Source: an uncultured Chloroflexia bacterium (GTDB lineage Bacteria > Chloroflexota > Limnocylindria > QHBO01). Taken from it: a stretch of DNA of 64,000 nt. Under the pieces are notes generated by a model. The model was given only the letters and a program-made list of their open reading frames with translations, had not been told where the DNA came from and did no database searches. Positions 46,509 through 57,895 of the stretch are shown piece after piece (within the stretch, counting starts at the first letter, position 1; each line of letters begins with the position of its first letter). The stretch is from positions 189,364 through 253,363 of the forward strand of contig CAWBKO010000007.1 of assembly GCA_963789435.1 (NCBI GenBank), written 5' to 3'. Made by a program: the position numbers and the translations under genes.

Positions 46509-47093
46509 ATGAAGACAGGCCAGCCTTCCCGCCAACGACCGCTCGTGGGGTCCCGCATTCGGCGCCGCCGCGGCGAGCGCGGCCTGACCCTCGCCGCCGT
46601 CGCCGAGCTGACCGGGCTGAACATCGGGTACCTGAGCCAGGTCGAGAACGACAAGGCGTCCCCGTCGCTCGAGACGCTCGCCGCCCTCGCTGCCGCGATG
46701 GACGTGCCGATCGCCTGGTTCCTGCTCGACGCGAGCGTTCCTCCACGGCTGGTGCGGGCGGCTGACCGGCCGCGGCGAAAGGGTCGCGAGGGCGGTGGCC
46801 TGTCGCAGGTCGACGGCGGCGTGGCGCGCGACCTGGCCATCTTCGAGGGGACCATGCCGGTCGGCCATCGCACCGGCTTCCACGCTCATCCCGGTGACGA
46901 GCACCACGTCATCCTCGCGGGCCGTGTTCGGATCACGCAGGGCGAGTCGGTGGTCGAGGCCGGGCCGGGAGACTACGTTCTGCTGGACGGTACCCTGCCG
47001 CACGACGCCGAGACGATCGGCGACGAGCCGGCCCGGCTCCTGATCGTCTACCCGCGCGGCGGCCACTCCGAGCTGACCCGGCACGACGGCTGA
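46509..47093 (+). CDS. XRE-family HTH regulator with cupin domain
   Basis: GLTLAAVAELTGLNIGYLSQVENDKASPSLETL; cupin part HAHPGDEHHVIL.G and PHD. Confidence 0.92.
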   Translation: MKTGQPSRQRPLVGSRIRRRRGERGLTLAAVAELTGLNIGYLSQVENDKASPSLETLAALAAAMDVPIAWFLLDASVPPRLVRAADRPRRKGREGGGLSQVDGGVARDLAIFEGTMPVGHRTGFHAHPGDEHHVILAGRVRITQGESVVEAGPGDYVLLDGTLPHDAETIGDEPARLLIVYPRGGHSELTRHDG

Positions 47094-47149
47094 CGGCAGC
47101 CACCGACCGCAGGGGCATACACTCAGGCCCCTTCCAGGACGAACAGACC

Positions 47150-48327
47150 ATGCCCGTCGAGCAACAGCCAGACCTCCCTCCCGCCGTGGAGATCGGGACG
47201 CCAGCCGCCACGCGAGGAGGCGTTCCGGCTGCTCATCGAGGCCGTCCAGGACTACGCGATCTTCCTTCTCGGCCCCGACGGACGCGTCCTCACCTGGAAC
47301 CCCGGCGCGGAGCGCGCCAAGGGCTACGCGGCGTCCGAAATCATCGGCCAGCACTTCTCGGTCTTCTACACGCCCGAGGAGCGCGAGGCCGGCCGGCCGC
47401 AGTCGCTGCTCGGGAGGGCTGCCGCAGACGGAAGAGTCGAGGACGAGGGCTGGCGGGTTCGCAAGGACGGGACCCGGTTCTGGGCGGACGTCATCCTCAC
47501 CGCGCTCCGCGACGCGGACGGAGCGCTATACGGGTTCGCGAAGATCACGCGCGACCTGACGGAGCGCCGGCGCGCGGAAGAGCAGCAGCGCAACCTCATG
47601 GTCGAGCAGCGCGCCCGCGCCGCAGCCGAGGAGGCGCTCGCGGTCCGTGACCGCTTCCTGAGCGTCGCGTCGCATGAGCTGAAGACGCCGGTGGCCACGC
47701 TCCAGCTTTCCGCCGAGAGCCTGCTGCGCGCACGCGAAGCGTGGTCGCCTCGATGACGCTCGACTGGAGACGGGCCTCAGCAGGATCCTGAAGTCGACCG
47801 GGCGGCTCGGCGCGCTCGTGTCAGAGCTACTGGACGTCTCGCTGCTGTCGGCCGAGCGTGACCGTCCGGTGCGCCAGCCCACGGACATCGTCGCGCTCGT
47901 TCACGAGGTCGCGGCGCGCTTCGACGACCTGGGAGACGAGGAGTCGCGCATCGCGGTCAAGGCGCCCGAGCGCGCGGTCGTCATGGCGGACACCTCGCGG
48001 CTCGACCAGGTCTTCACGAACCTCATCGACAACGCCCTGAAGTACTCCCCGGATGGCGAACCGATCGAGGTCGGGGTGGTTGACGAGCCGGACAGCGTCA
48101 CGGTCACCGTGGCGGACCGCGGCATCGGCCTCGACGCTGCCACCCAGGCGCGGCTCTTCGAGGCGTTCTCTCGCGGCGAGAACGCGAAGCACGTCCCCGG
48201 CCTGGGACTCGGGCTGTTCATCACACACCAGATCATCGAGCGCCACGGGGGCACCATCGAAGCGCAGCCCGCACCCGGTGGCGTCGGCTCGGTGTTCCGC
48301 GTCTCGCTGCCAAAAGACCCGGCGTGA
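47150..48327 (+). CDS. PAS-domain sensor histidine kinase (frameshift near 47740)
   Basis: DYAIFLL.PDG.VLTWNPGA..KGY, SHELKTP, QVFTNLIDNALKYS, GLGLGL. Confidence 0.93.
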
Positions 48328-48701
48328 CTCCCGGGATCAAGCGGGTTCTGGTGGTGGAGGACGACGACTCGCTCCGCGAAACGCTCACGGAGGTCCTTCT
48401 CGACGAGGGACACGATGTGCGGGCCGCGGCGCACGGGCACGAGGCCCTCGATCAGCTCGACGGTTGGGAGCCGCACCTCATCCTGCTCGACCTGATGATG
48501 CCGACCATGGACGCCTTCGCCTTCCGCACGCGGCAGCGAGAGCTCGGGATCGCGCCGGCGGCCCAGACGATCATCATTTCCGCCGCCCGCGACCTGGAGT
48601 CGGCCGCCGAGCGCCTCGATGCCGATGGCTGGATCGCAAAGCCCTTCCTCCTCGCGGACGTGATCGAAGCTGTCGACCGGGTGCTCGGCCTTTCGAGCTG
48701 A
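48324..48701 (+). CDS. Single-domain response regulator
   Basis: VLVVEDD, LILLDLMMP, ISA, AKPF. Confidence 0.93.
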   Translation: MTPGIKRVLVVEDDDSLRETLTEVLLDEGHDVRAAAHGHEALDQLDGWEPHLILLDLMMPTMDAFAFRTRQRELGIAPAAQTIIISAARDLESAAERLDADGWIAKPFLLADVIEAVDRVLGLSS

Positions 48702-48750
48702 GGGTCGCCAGGCGCCTTTCGCATCGGTCGCGGGCGCGATAATGCACCCG

Positions 48751-49978
48751 ATGTTCTACGTCCGCCGCGGCGAGGTCCCGCATAAGCGCCATACCCAGTT
48801 CCGCAGGGACGACGGGGGCCTGTACGCCGAGGAGCTGTTCGGTGTCGAGGGCTTCTCCGGCCGCGCCAGCCTGCTCTACCACCACACGCCGCCGACGCAG
48901 ACGCACGCCATCGAGAAGGTGCGCGACGTCGTCATCGAGCAGAGCGCCGACGAGGCGAGCGGACCCCATCGGCATCGGCTGGTCAACACGAAGGACCTGG
49001 AGCCCGCCGGCGACGGCGTCACCGGACGCGTGCCCCTCTTCTACAACTCGGACGTCACCTTCGGGGTGGCGCTCCCATCGGAGCCGATGGAGCGCTACTA
49101 CCGCAACGGCGAGGCCGACGAGATGTACTTCGTCCACGAAGGCACCGGCAGCGCTGGAGACCAACTTCGGACCGATCGACTACGGGCCGGGCGACTATCT
49201 CGTGATCCCCATCGGGACGACGTTCCGGCTCCGACCGGCGGAAGGTTCGGCGCAGCGGATGCTGTGGGTGGAGAGCCCGTCGAGCATCGTGCCGCCGAAG
49301 CGCTACCGCAACGACTTCGGGCAGCTGCTCGAGCACTCACCGTATTGCGAGCGCGACATCCGCCCACCGGCGGAGATGCCGCCGAGCCTGGAGGGCGGCG
49401 ACTTCGTGATCGAGGTGAAGACCCGCGGCAAGGTCACCGCCTACCACTACAAGCATCACCCGTTCGACCTGGTGGGCTGGGACGGGCATCTGTGGCCGTT
49501 CGCCTTCAATATCGGCGACTTCGAGCCGATCACCGGGCGCGTCCACCAGCCGCCGCCGGTGCACCTCACCTTCCAGCCGCGCAACTACGTCATCTGCAGC
49601 TTCGTGCCGCGCAAGTTCGACTATCACCCGCTGGCGATTCCGGCGCCGTACAACCACAGCAACATCAACAGCGACGAGGTCATCTACTACGTCGCCGGCA
49701 ACTTCATGAGCCGCCGCGGCGTCGACATCAGCTCCTTCACCATCCATCCGGCCGGGATCCCCCACGGTCCGCATCCGGGCAGCGTCGAGGCGAGCATCGG
49801 CAAGGAGGCGACGGAGGAGCTGGCTGTGATGATCGACACCTTCCATCCGCTGCATCTCACGAAGCAGGCATCGTCGCTGGAGGACGATCGCTATCCGTTC
49901 TCGTGGATCCCGCCCGAGGACGGCGGCGAGCACGCTCGGGAGCTCTCCGAGCGTGGACCGGAGGCGTTCCCCGACTGA
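48751..49978 (+). CDS. hmgA: Homogentisate 1,2-dioxygenase (frameshift near 49150)
   Basis: VPHKRH, SLLYH, RNGEADE, GRVHQPPPVH, PYNHSNINSDEV, HPAGIPHGPHPG, VMIDTF. Confidence 0.93.
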
Positions 49979-50244
49979 GCGGACAGGTCGCCAGGCGCCT
50001 CCTGCCAGATGCTCACCATGTGCGCACGAGGCGCGTCCAGAGTCCTGGTTGTGTCAAATGCTCGTCGAGTGCGCATGCCTGAGCGTGGACCGTCAAATTG
50101 CCGGTGCGGATCCGGCGACTGTGCGCACCCCGTGCGCATGTGGCAGCTGCCTGTGCCTCACTGCGCGAGAGACTCGTCGTCTCGCGAGTGGATGAGCGCC
50201 GTCGACGCCTCGGCGGTAGCATTGGTCGTGCAGGAGGAACCGAC

Positions 50245-50643
50245 ATGACCGACGCGACCGCCGTCCCCATCAACCTCTTCGAGAACGATCGCGAGCTGAT
50301 GGTGGTTGCGCCGATGCCCGGCGTGTCGCCCGAGGACATCAGCATCGACGTGACCGATGACGGCCAGCTGACGGTGCGTTCCGCCCAGCACGGCGAGGGG
50401 CAGGAGCGGATCAGCTACCTCGTGCGGGAGTGGTCATACGGCCCGTACGAACGGACGATCGAGCTGCCCTGCGCCGTCGACGCGCGGCGCGCGAACGTGA
50501 CGTACGGCAACGGCGTCCTCTCGATCAGCTTCCCGAAGGCCGACGCGACCAACGCCGGTCGGGTGCTGGTCCAGCGGACCGGCCACACCCGCGGCATGAT
50601 CGCCGGCCACGCGGGTACCCGGGGCGGCTCCGAGCTGGCATAG
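50245..50643 (+). CDS. Hsp20/alpha-crystallin small heat-shock protein
   Basis: AGGAGG RBS; MPGVSPEDISI, REWSYGPYER.I.LP, YGNGVL. Confidence 0.9.
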   Translation: MTDATAVPINLFENDRELMVVAPMPGVSPEDISIDVTDDGQLTVRSAQHGEGQERISYLVREWSYGPYERTIELPCAVDARRANVTYGNGVLSISFPKADATNAGRVLVQRTGHTRGMIAGHAGTRGGSELA

Positions 50644-50649
50644 AGCAGG

Positions 50650-51135
50650 GTGATCCTCTACTTCCTGCGGCACGGCAAGGCCAGCTCGCCGCAGCACGGC
50701 AACGACGAGGCGCGCGAGCTGACCAAGGGCGGCCGCAAGCGACTTCGCGCTGCGGCCCCACTGTGGCGTCGACTCAACCTGCGGCCGGACGTCGTGATCA
50801 CCTCGCCCCTCGTCCGCGCGCGCCAGACGGCCGAGATCCTGTGCGATGCCCTCGGCGGTGAGCCGGTCGTCGACGACCTGCTGCGACCGGGTGCGTCGTG
50901 GGGCCAGCTGGCGCGCGCGATGGCCCAGCATCCCGATGCCCGCCGCGTCATGTTCGTCGGCCACGAGCCGGATCTCTCGTCCGCGATCGTGCAGCTGACC
51001 GGCGCGGCATCGGTTCGCATGCGCGCCGGCGGCGTGGCGTGCCTCGAGTTCTACGGCGTCCCCGAGCCGGGCGGCGGCGAGATCGCCTGGCTGCTCGACC
51101 CCGACCTGTACGCCGATGAAGACCAGGGAGACTGA
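50650..51135 (+). CDS. sixA: Phosphohistidine phosphatase
   Basis: LRHGKA, RELTKGG, TSPLVRARQTAE, VGHEP. Confidence 0.9.
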   Translation: MILYFLRHGKASSPQHGNDEARELTKGGRKRLRAAAPLWRRLNLRPDVVITSPLVRARQTAEILCDALGGEPVVDDLLRPGASWGQLARAMAQHPDARRVMFVGHEPDLSSAIVQLTGAASVRMRAGGVACLEFYGVPEPGGGEIAWLLDPDLYADEDQGD

Positions 51136-51137
51136 GC

Positions 51138-51501
51138 ATGCCCGAATCCGTCGCCACCACCCGCAGCTTCGACGAGCCGGATGAGCTCCGCGAGTTCCCG
51201 CTCGGGCGCTTCGAGCTCGTCCAGATCGGTGGCATGACCGTCGGTCGCGCCGAGTACGCGCCGGGGTGGCGGTGGTCGGAGCACGTGGGCGCCGCGATAG
51301 GCCAGGCCATCTGCGAGGTGGCACACCTCGGCTTCGTGGTCTCCGGTCGCAACCTGATCGAGATGACGGACGGCCGTCGCATCGAGATCGGTCCCGGCGA
51401 CCTGTTCGAGATCGGACCGGGACATGACTCGGTCGTGATCGGCGAGGAGCCGTACGTGAGCATCCACTTCCTCGGCGCGGACCGAGTACGCGACGAAGTA
51501 G
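51138..51501 (+). CDS. Cupin domain protein (frameshift near 51480)
   Basis: PGWRWSEHV, C..AHLG.V.SG, GPGHDS.VIG. Confidence 0.8.
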
Positions 51502-51513
51502 GCTTCTTCCCCC

Positions 51514-51921
51514 ATGGCGGACGTCGAGCTTCACACACTCCTGCTGTGCGATTACGCGCTCACGGCGCAGGATGGCAAGATCAGCGCGATCGGCGTCTTC
51601 AGCCAGATCAACGTCGCCCGGCTGCCGGCGACCCATGGCCGGTGCTTCATCGTGGCCATCCTCGAGGCCACGCCCGGCGCCCACGAGCTGACGTTCCAGG
51701 TGATCAGCCCGACGGGCAAGGCCACCCTCCAGCAGGCACCGCGGCTGCGGATCGAGGTCCCGCCCAATGCCACCACCGCCAATATCGTGGCCGACCTGAA
51801 GGGGATGCGCATCGAGGAGATCGGCCGCTACCGGATCGAGGTCCGCTCCGGCGACCAGATCCTCGGCAGCAGCCCGTTCCTGGTCAACCTGATCCTGCGC
51901 CAGACGCCCGGCAACGCCTGA
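51514..51921 (+). CDS. DUF6941-like beta-sandwich hypothetical protein
   Basis: LLCDYA...DGKISAIGVF and G.YRIEV pattern. Confidence 0.65.
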   Translation: MADVELHTLLLCDYALTAQDGKISAIGVFSQINVARLPATHGRCFIVAILEATPGAHELTFQVISPTGKATLQQAPRLRIEVPPNATTANIVADLKGMRIEEIGRYRIEVRSGDQILGSSPFLVNLILRQTPGNA

Positions 51922-51973
51922 GCCGGGCCCCGCGCGGACCTCACGCGACCGCAACCGCCAACGTTTCCCGGTC

Positions 51974-52697
51974 ATGAGCAACGAGATGGAGCGCGCCTTC
52001 TACGCGTCAGACCCCAGCTGGGACGGCCGGTTCGTCGCCGCCGTGCGCACGACCGGCATCTTCTGCCGGCCGTCGTGCCGGGTCCGCAAGCCGTTGCCGA
52101 AGAACGTCGAGTACCTTTCCGACGCCGCCGCCGCGCGTGCGGCCGGATACCGGGCGTGCCTGCGATGCCAGCCCGAGTACGGCTCGACCGTCACGCTTAG
52201 AGCAATCGGACACCCCGATCGGCCCGATGCTGGCCGGCGCGACGGACGAGGCGATCGTCCTGTGCGACTTCGCGAACCGCCCGATGATCGGCGCGCAGCT
52301 CGCGGCGGTGCGCCGCCGTATCGGCCCGACGCGGGAGGGCAGCTCGCCATTGCTCGAGCGGCTCGAGTCGCAGCTGCAGGAGTTCTTCGCGGGCACACGC
52401 CACGACTTCGACCTGCCGATCGACATCCCCGGCAGCGCATTCCAGGAGCGTGTCTGGGCCGAGCTCCGGCGGATCCCGTATGGCGAGACGATCAGCTACC
52501 GCCAGCTGGCGGAGCGCGTCGGCGCCGGCTCGGCCTATCGCGCGGTGGGTCGCGCCAACGGTTCGAACCGAGTGGCCGTCGTGGTTCCGTGCCACCGCGT
52601 CATCGCCGCCGGCGGCGGGCTGGGAGGCTATGGCGGCGGGCTCGCCGCGAAGCAGCGGCTGCTCGAGCTGGAGGGACGGCGAACGGTCAGCGGGTAG
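51974..52697 (+). CDS. ada: Ada metal-binding domain fused to O6-methylguanine-DNA methyltransferase (frameshift near 52200)
   Basis: AVRTTGIFCRPSC, GYRACLRC; IPYGETISY, RAVGRANG, VPCHRV. Confidence 0.9.
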
Positions 52698-53562
52698 CGG
52701 CGATGACCTCGCTGCCGAACCGTTCGATCGCGTCGCTGTCGGCGACGTCAGGGAGCACGATGAAGACGCCCTGCGACCCGGCATCGGCCAGTGCATCGGC
52801 CCGTTCGAGGATCGTCTCGGCATCGGCGATCGGTCCGGCCTGTCCCGGCAGCGCCTTGAGATCCAGCCCGCAGAAGCGCTCGATCTCGTCGTAGTCGCGC
52901 CCCTCCGCCTCGCAATGGCGGCGAAGGACGTCGAGCTTGTGGCGCATCACCGATGGATCCGACGTCGTCTGATGCGTGGCATCGCCGTACTTGGCGACCA
53001 GCTTGAGCGTCTTCCGCTCACCACCGCCGCCGATCAGGATCGGTGGATGCGGCTGCTGCACCGGTGGCGGGCTGTCCATCTGCTCGGTGAGGCGCGTGTG
53101 CGTGCCGGTGAATGGCCCCGTCTCGCCGCTCCATACGCGGTGTGCGATCTGCAGCAGGTCCTCGAGCATCTCGAAGCGTTCCTTGATCGGCGGGAAGCGG
53201 ACGCCGAAGGCCCCGTGCTCACGCTCGTTCCAGGCCGCCCCGACGCCGAAATAGGACCGCCCGCCGGAGAGCACGTCGAGCGTGGATGCCTGCTTGACCA
53301 GCACGGCCGGGTAGCGATACGTGACGCCGGTGACAAGCGTCCCGAGCTTGATCCGTTCGGTTGCCGCCGCCAGGAACGCGAGTGTGAGCCAGCCCTCCAG
53401 CAGCGGCGCCTGCCAGCGGCGGAGCTGGATGAAGTGATCCCAGACCCAGATCGAGTGGAACCCGGCCTGCTCGGCGCGCCGGCCGATATCGGCAAGGTGG
53501 CGGCCCATGTCGGCCGGGCCGCCGGACCAGTCGAACTGGTTGATTTCGAGGCCGTATTTCAC
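52687..53562 (-). CDS. LLM-class (probably F420-dependent) oxidoreductase
   Basis: AEQAGFHSIWVWDHF, LGTLVTGVTYR.P, GAAWNEREH, PILIGGGGERKTL. Confidence 0.92.
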   Translation of the reverse strand: MKYGLEINQFDWSGGPADMGRHLADIGRRAEQAGFHSIWVWDHFIQLRRWQAPLLEGWLTLAFLAAATERIKLGTLVTGVTYRYPAVLVKQASTLDVLSGGRSYFGVGAAWNEREHGAFGVRFPPIKERFEMLEDLLQIAHRVWSGETGPFTGTHTRLTEQMDSPPPVQQPHPPILIGGGGERKTLKLVAKYGDATHQTTSDPSVMRHKLDVLRRHCEAEGRDYDEIERFCGLDLKALPGQAGPIADAETILERADALADAGSQGVFIVLPDVADSDAIERFGSEVIAATR

Positions 53563-53626
53563 GCTGCGCTCCTGCGGGGACTCGGATTATCGGCGTTGCG
53601 GAGGTGGAGGCCAAATGCGGCCTGGC

Positions 53627-54556
53627 TCAGCCACGAATGCCGACCGACGCGATGCCGCCCATCAGCTTGTTCTGGCTGAAGGCGTAGACGATCAGCGGCG
53701 GCAGCATGGCGACCAGCGTCGCGGCCATGACGATGTTCCACTCGGTCCCGACTGTCGTCACCTCGCGCGCCAGCGCCAGCGGGACGGTGAACCAGTTCGG
53801 GTCGTCCAGGTAGAGCAGCGGGCCGAAGAAGTCGTTCCACACTCCGAGGAAGGTGAAGACGGCCACCACCACCAGCGCCGGGATCGTCAGCGGCACGATG
53901 ATCTTCCAGTAGACGGTCCAGAATCCGGCGCCGTCGATCCGCGCCGCCTCATCGAGGTCCTTCGGGATGGTGCGCATGTATTGCCGCAGCAGAAAGATGA
54001 AGAACGGGTTGCCGGTGAAGGCCGGCACGATCAGGGGCAGATAGCCGGCCGGGAAGCCATCGACCGTCCCATACCAGCCGATGTTGAAGAAGAGCAGGAA
54101 CTGGGGGATCAGGAGGACCGGCGCCGGAAGCAGCATCGTGGCCAGCACGATCGCGAAGAGCACGTTCTTGCCTCGGAACTCGAGCCGGGCGAACGCGTAC
54201 GCGATGAGCGAATTGGAGAGGACGGCGCCGACGATGTTCAGCGAGGCCAGCAGCAGGCTGTTGAGTGCGAACCGGCCATAGGGCTCATTCGGCTGGGTCA
54301 GCGCATCAACGAACGTCCCGATGTTGAAATACTCGGTCGGGAACCACTCCGTGGGAAGCGTGAAGACCGGAACGTTGTCTGGCTTCAGCGCCGCGGTGAG
54401 CATCCAGCCCAGCGGCAGCACGATGAACGCCGTGAGGGCCAGCAGGCAGGCATAGACGAACGCCACGTGCAGCGCGCGCCGTGAGGTGAGCCTGGCCACC
54501 ATGGTCGGCCGATCGGGCGCTCGCGTCGAAGTCCCGTTCACGATCCCGTGCCTCAT
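53627..54556 (-). CDS. Carbohydrate ABC transporter permease (MalG-like)
   Basis: AYAFARLEFRGK, IPKDLDEAARIDGA (EAA motif), WNDFFGPL. Confidence 0.93.
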   Translation of the reverse strand: MRHGIVNGTSTRAPDRPTMVARLTSRRALHVAFVYACLLALTAFIVLPLGWMLTAALKPDNVPVFTLPTEWFPTEYFNIGTFVDALTQPNEPYGRFALNSLLLASLNIVGAVLSNSLIAYAFARLEFRGKNVLFAIVLATMLLPAPVLLIPQFLLFFNIGWYGTVDGFPAGYLPLIVPAFTGNPFFIFLLRQYMRTIPKDLDEAARIDGAGFWTVYWKIIVPLTIPALVVVAVFTFLGVWNDFFGPLLYLDDPNWFTVPLALAREVTTVGTEWNIVMAATLVAMLPPLIVYAFSQNKLMGGIASVGIRG

Positions 54557-55540
54557 GCCTGGTAGAAGACGAAGCGCTTCTCGAGCTTGAAGGTCAGCCA
54601 GACCAGCAGCAGGCCGATGACGGTGAGGATCCAGGCCAGCGCCGCGGCGTAGCCCATCTGCCCCTCGACGAACCCTCGGCGGTAGAGCAGCAGCATGTAG
54701 AACAGCAGCGAGTCGGCCGGCCCTGCCCCACCGCCGGCTCCCGAGATGACGATGACCGGGCCGATGATGACGAGGGCCGCAGTCAGCTCCCCGATGAAGA
54801 GGAAGAAGATGGTCGGCGAGAGCAGCGGCAGCGTGATGTGGCGGAACTTCTGCCATGGGCCGGCGCCGTCCATACCGGCCGCCTCGTAGAGGTCGGGCGG
54901 GATGTTCTGGAGCCCGGCAAGGTAGATGATCGCGTTGGTTCCGACGCCCCACAGTCCCATGATCGCGACGCCCCACAGAGCGAAGTCCGGGTCCTGGAAC
55001 CAATTCGGCGGATCCTCGATCCCGATGCTGCGCAGGAACTGGTTGACTGCGCCCGAGGTCGCTGTTGAGCAGCGTGAACCAGAGAACGGCGATCGCGACG
55101 CCGGAGAGCACGGCCGGGACATACAGGATGGTGCGGAAGAAACCCATTCCCGGCACCTTCTGGTTCAGCAGCAGGGCGGCACGCCAGGCCCGAGATCAGG
55201 AACAGCGGCACGGCGATCACGATCCAGGTCAGCGTGACCTGGAGCGCCTTGTAGAAGCTGCGATCGTCGGTGAAGGCGCGCAGCGTAGTTGTCGAGGCCG
55301 ATGAACTGGCCCGGGCGAAGCAGCTGCTCGTCAGTGAAGCTGAGCCAGACGGCCCAGCCGAGCGGGATCAGCAGGAAGAAGACGAACCCGGCGATCCAGG
55401 GCGCGAGGAAGAGGTATGCAGCCCGCTCCTCGGCCCGAGAGCCCGGCCGGCCGCGGGCGCGGCGCGCCGAGCGCGGCCGCGACGCCCGCCTCGCTCAGCC
55501 GCTCTCCGGGCGCGCCCTGGTCGCCGAGCTGCATCGACAT
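54553..55540 (-). CDS. Carbohydrate ABC transporter permease (MalF-like; frameshifted)
   Basis: GFVFFLLIPL, YLAGLQNIP.DLYEAA..DGA, GYAAALAW. Confidence 0.88.
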
Positions 55541-55563
55541 CGGTCAGTCCCTCGCTGTCGACG

Positions 55564-56916
55564 CTACTCGCTCGGCTCGGCGGAGGCCTCCGCCTGCTCC
55601 TCCTCGACCTGGTCCTCGAACTGCGGCTCGGTCGAAGGTGTCCCATCGCTCCCAGACCTCATCGAGCTCGCTCCTGGGCGGACGCGGCCATGCTCGTCGA
55701 GGATCGCCTGGGCGTCCGTCTGGCCCTCGATCGTCAGCAGTCGCATCACCTCCACCGGATCCCAGGCCTCGACGCCGGGCGGTGCAAATGGCAACGGACG
55801 GGCGTTCGCCAGGACGGCCAGGAAGTCCTGCTTGATCGGGTCATCGTCACCGTAGCCTGCGTCCTCGGCCACGACCGTCGAGAGCGGCGGGTCCGGAGTC
55901 TCCGCCATCTGGATCTCCTGCGCGTCAGTCGCGATGAACTCCAGGAATGCGAGCGCATCCTCCGGGTGCGCGCTCTCCGCGAAGGTGCCCCAGGGAGCTG
56001 TCCAGGTGTCGACGAAGTCGTCCTGGCCCTCGACCACGAAGAACGGCGTCATGCCGAAGTCGATCTCCGCCTCCTGGTAGGTCGGGACGGCGGTGAAGTC
56101 ACTCCAGGTCATCGCGATCTGGCCCTGCGCGAAGAGATCGGACTCGGCGATCGTGTCGAGGACGCTCGAGCTTGGCGCCAGCCCGTCGTTGATGAGGCCC
56201 GCGCCGATCTCGAATGCCTCGGCCAGCTCCGGCGCGTTCATGTTGCCCTCGGCCGTTCGGCCGTCCTCTCCGAAGATCGGGTAGAAGCCGAACGCGATGT
56301 CGGCGGGCATCGAGCAGCCGTAGACGTTCGTTGCCGGATCGTCGTTCGGCTGAGCGAGCTGGCGACAGATGTCGGCGTATTCCTGGAAGGTCATCGACTC
56401 ATCGGGCGAGGGATGGGACACACCGGCCGCATCGAAGATCGCCTTGTTGTAGACGAGCACGTTTCCGCCCAGGAAGGTGCCGATGCCGAAGATGCCGTTG
56501 GCGGGATCGTTCTCGAGTGCGCCGCGCGACATGCCGCCCAGGTTGAAGTCGTCGACGCTGACGCCCCACTCGGCGAAGCTTGTCGGTCAGCTCGACGGCG
56601 TATCCAGCCTTCATCCAGTCGTCGCTCTCGATGATGGCGACATCGGGCGGGTTGCCCGCAACAAGCGCGGTGTTGACCTTGGTGACGTACTCCTCCTCGG
56701 GGTAGACGACGATCTCCACGTCCTTGCCCGCGTGCGACTCCTCGAAGGCGGTCTCCATTGCGCGAATCGCGACCTCGTCATCTCCCTGCGGAAACATCCA
56801 CACGCTGATTCCGTTCGACGTCGGCGCCGTCGGCGCCACGGCCGAAGCAGCCGGAGAGCAGCAACCGCGGAGGCAAGCAGCACGGTCAGATGGAGGAGTC
56901 GGCCCCTGGTTCGCAT
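55564..56916 (-). CDS. Sugar ABC transporter extracellular solute-binding protein (frameshifted)
   Basis: AGGAGG RBS; signal/lipoprotein-like leader; GNPPDVA, LVYNKAIFDAAG, GQIAM. Ends approximate. Confidence 0.85.
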
Positions 56917-56959
56917 CGTTGCCTCCTGTGATCTCAATGTGACGCTCCGTTCGGTCCGC

Positions 56960-57895
56960 CGGCCACCGCTTCGGCGGCGGTCGAGTGGGTGCTCGGCGCC
57001 TCGGCCCCGCGCAGGCGCGGGAAGAGGCTGGTTGCGATGTCGCGGACCGACGACCATCGCTCCCTCGGCGGCAGCGCCGGTCATCAGGTCGGTGAAGCCG
57101 AGCGACCGATACCGCGCGACAAATTCGACATAGGCGGTCGTGACTCTCGAGCGGCTCGGATCCAACCCACACCGAACGTCGGACGGTGGTCGGGTCGCGC
57201 CCGGCCGATCGGCACGCAGCATCGAACGCCGTCACTCGCTCAGCGAGGTCCGAGGGCACCCCCTCCGTGGCCGTGCCATCGATGGTCGGGAAGGTGTCCC
57301 AGATGTCGGCGTATCGCGCCGCGAGGCGCAGCATCCGGGGTCGGTGCGCGGCGATCAGAATCGGGGATCCGCGGTCGCTGGATCGGCAGCGGGAGGGCCA
57401 AGTGCGCCCGTCGAGTCGGTAGAAGCGGCCTTCGTGGCTCGCGGCTCACCGTGGCCAAGGCGATCGAGGACCTCGAGCGCCTCTTCGAGCCGATCGACAC
57501 GCTCGGGCGCTTCCGGAAATTCCAGGCCGAAACGGTGGTGCTCCTCGGGATACCAGCCGGTCCCGATCCCCAGGATCAGGCGTCCGCCGCTGATGTGATC
57601 GACGGTGGCCGCCTGCTTCGCCAGCAGCGACGGATGACGGAAGGTGTTGCTGCTCACCAGCACGCCGAGACGAATGCGCGTTGTCAGGGCCGCGAGCGCC
57701 GCGAGCGACGTCCATGCCTCGAAGATGGAGCGGTCGCAGGGGTGGGTCAGTCGGCATGAGGTGGTCGACCAGCCAGGCGTGGTCGAAGCCGAGCTCGTCG
57801 GCCAGGACGAATCGCTCGACCAGCTCGGGCCAGGACAGGCCAACCTGGCCGATGAAGAGGCCGAAGCGGGTCTCGGGCCGAGCGGTGGCGATCAC
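56960..57895 (-). CDS. Second LLM-class flavin/F420 oxidoreductase (frameshifted)
   Basis: DELGFDHAWLVDH, RIRLGVLVSSNTFRHP, SGGRLILGIGTGW, LRLAARYADIW. The 3' end is approximate. Confidence 0.85.

Noticed and set aside
53627-55156. 509-aa fused double permease
   Set aside because: The upstream permease has its own stop at 54553, overlapping ATG 54556; this is a frameshift artifact.
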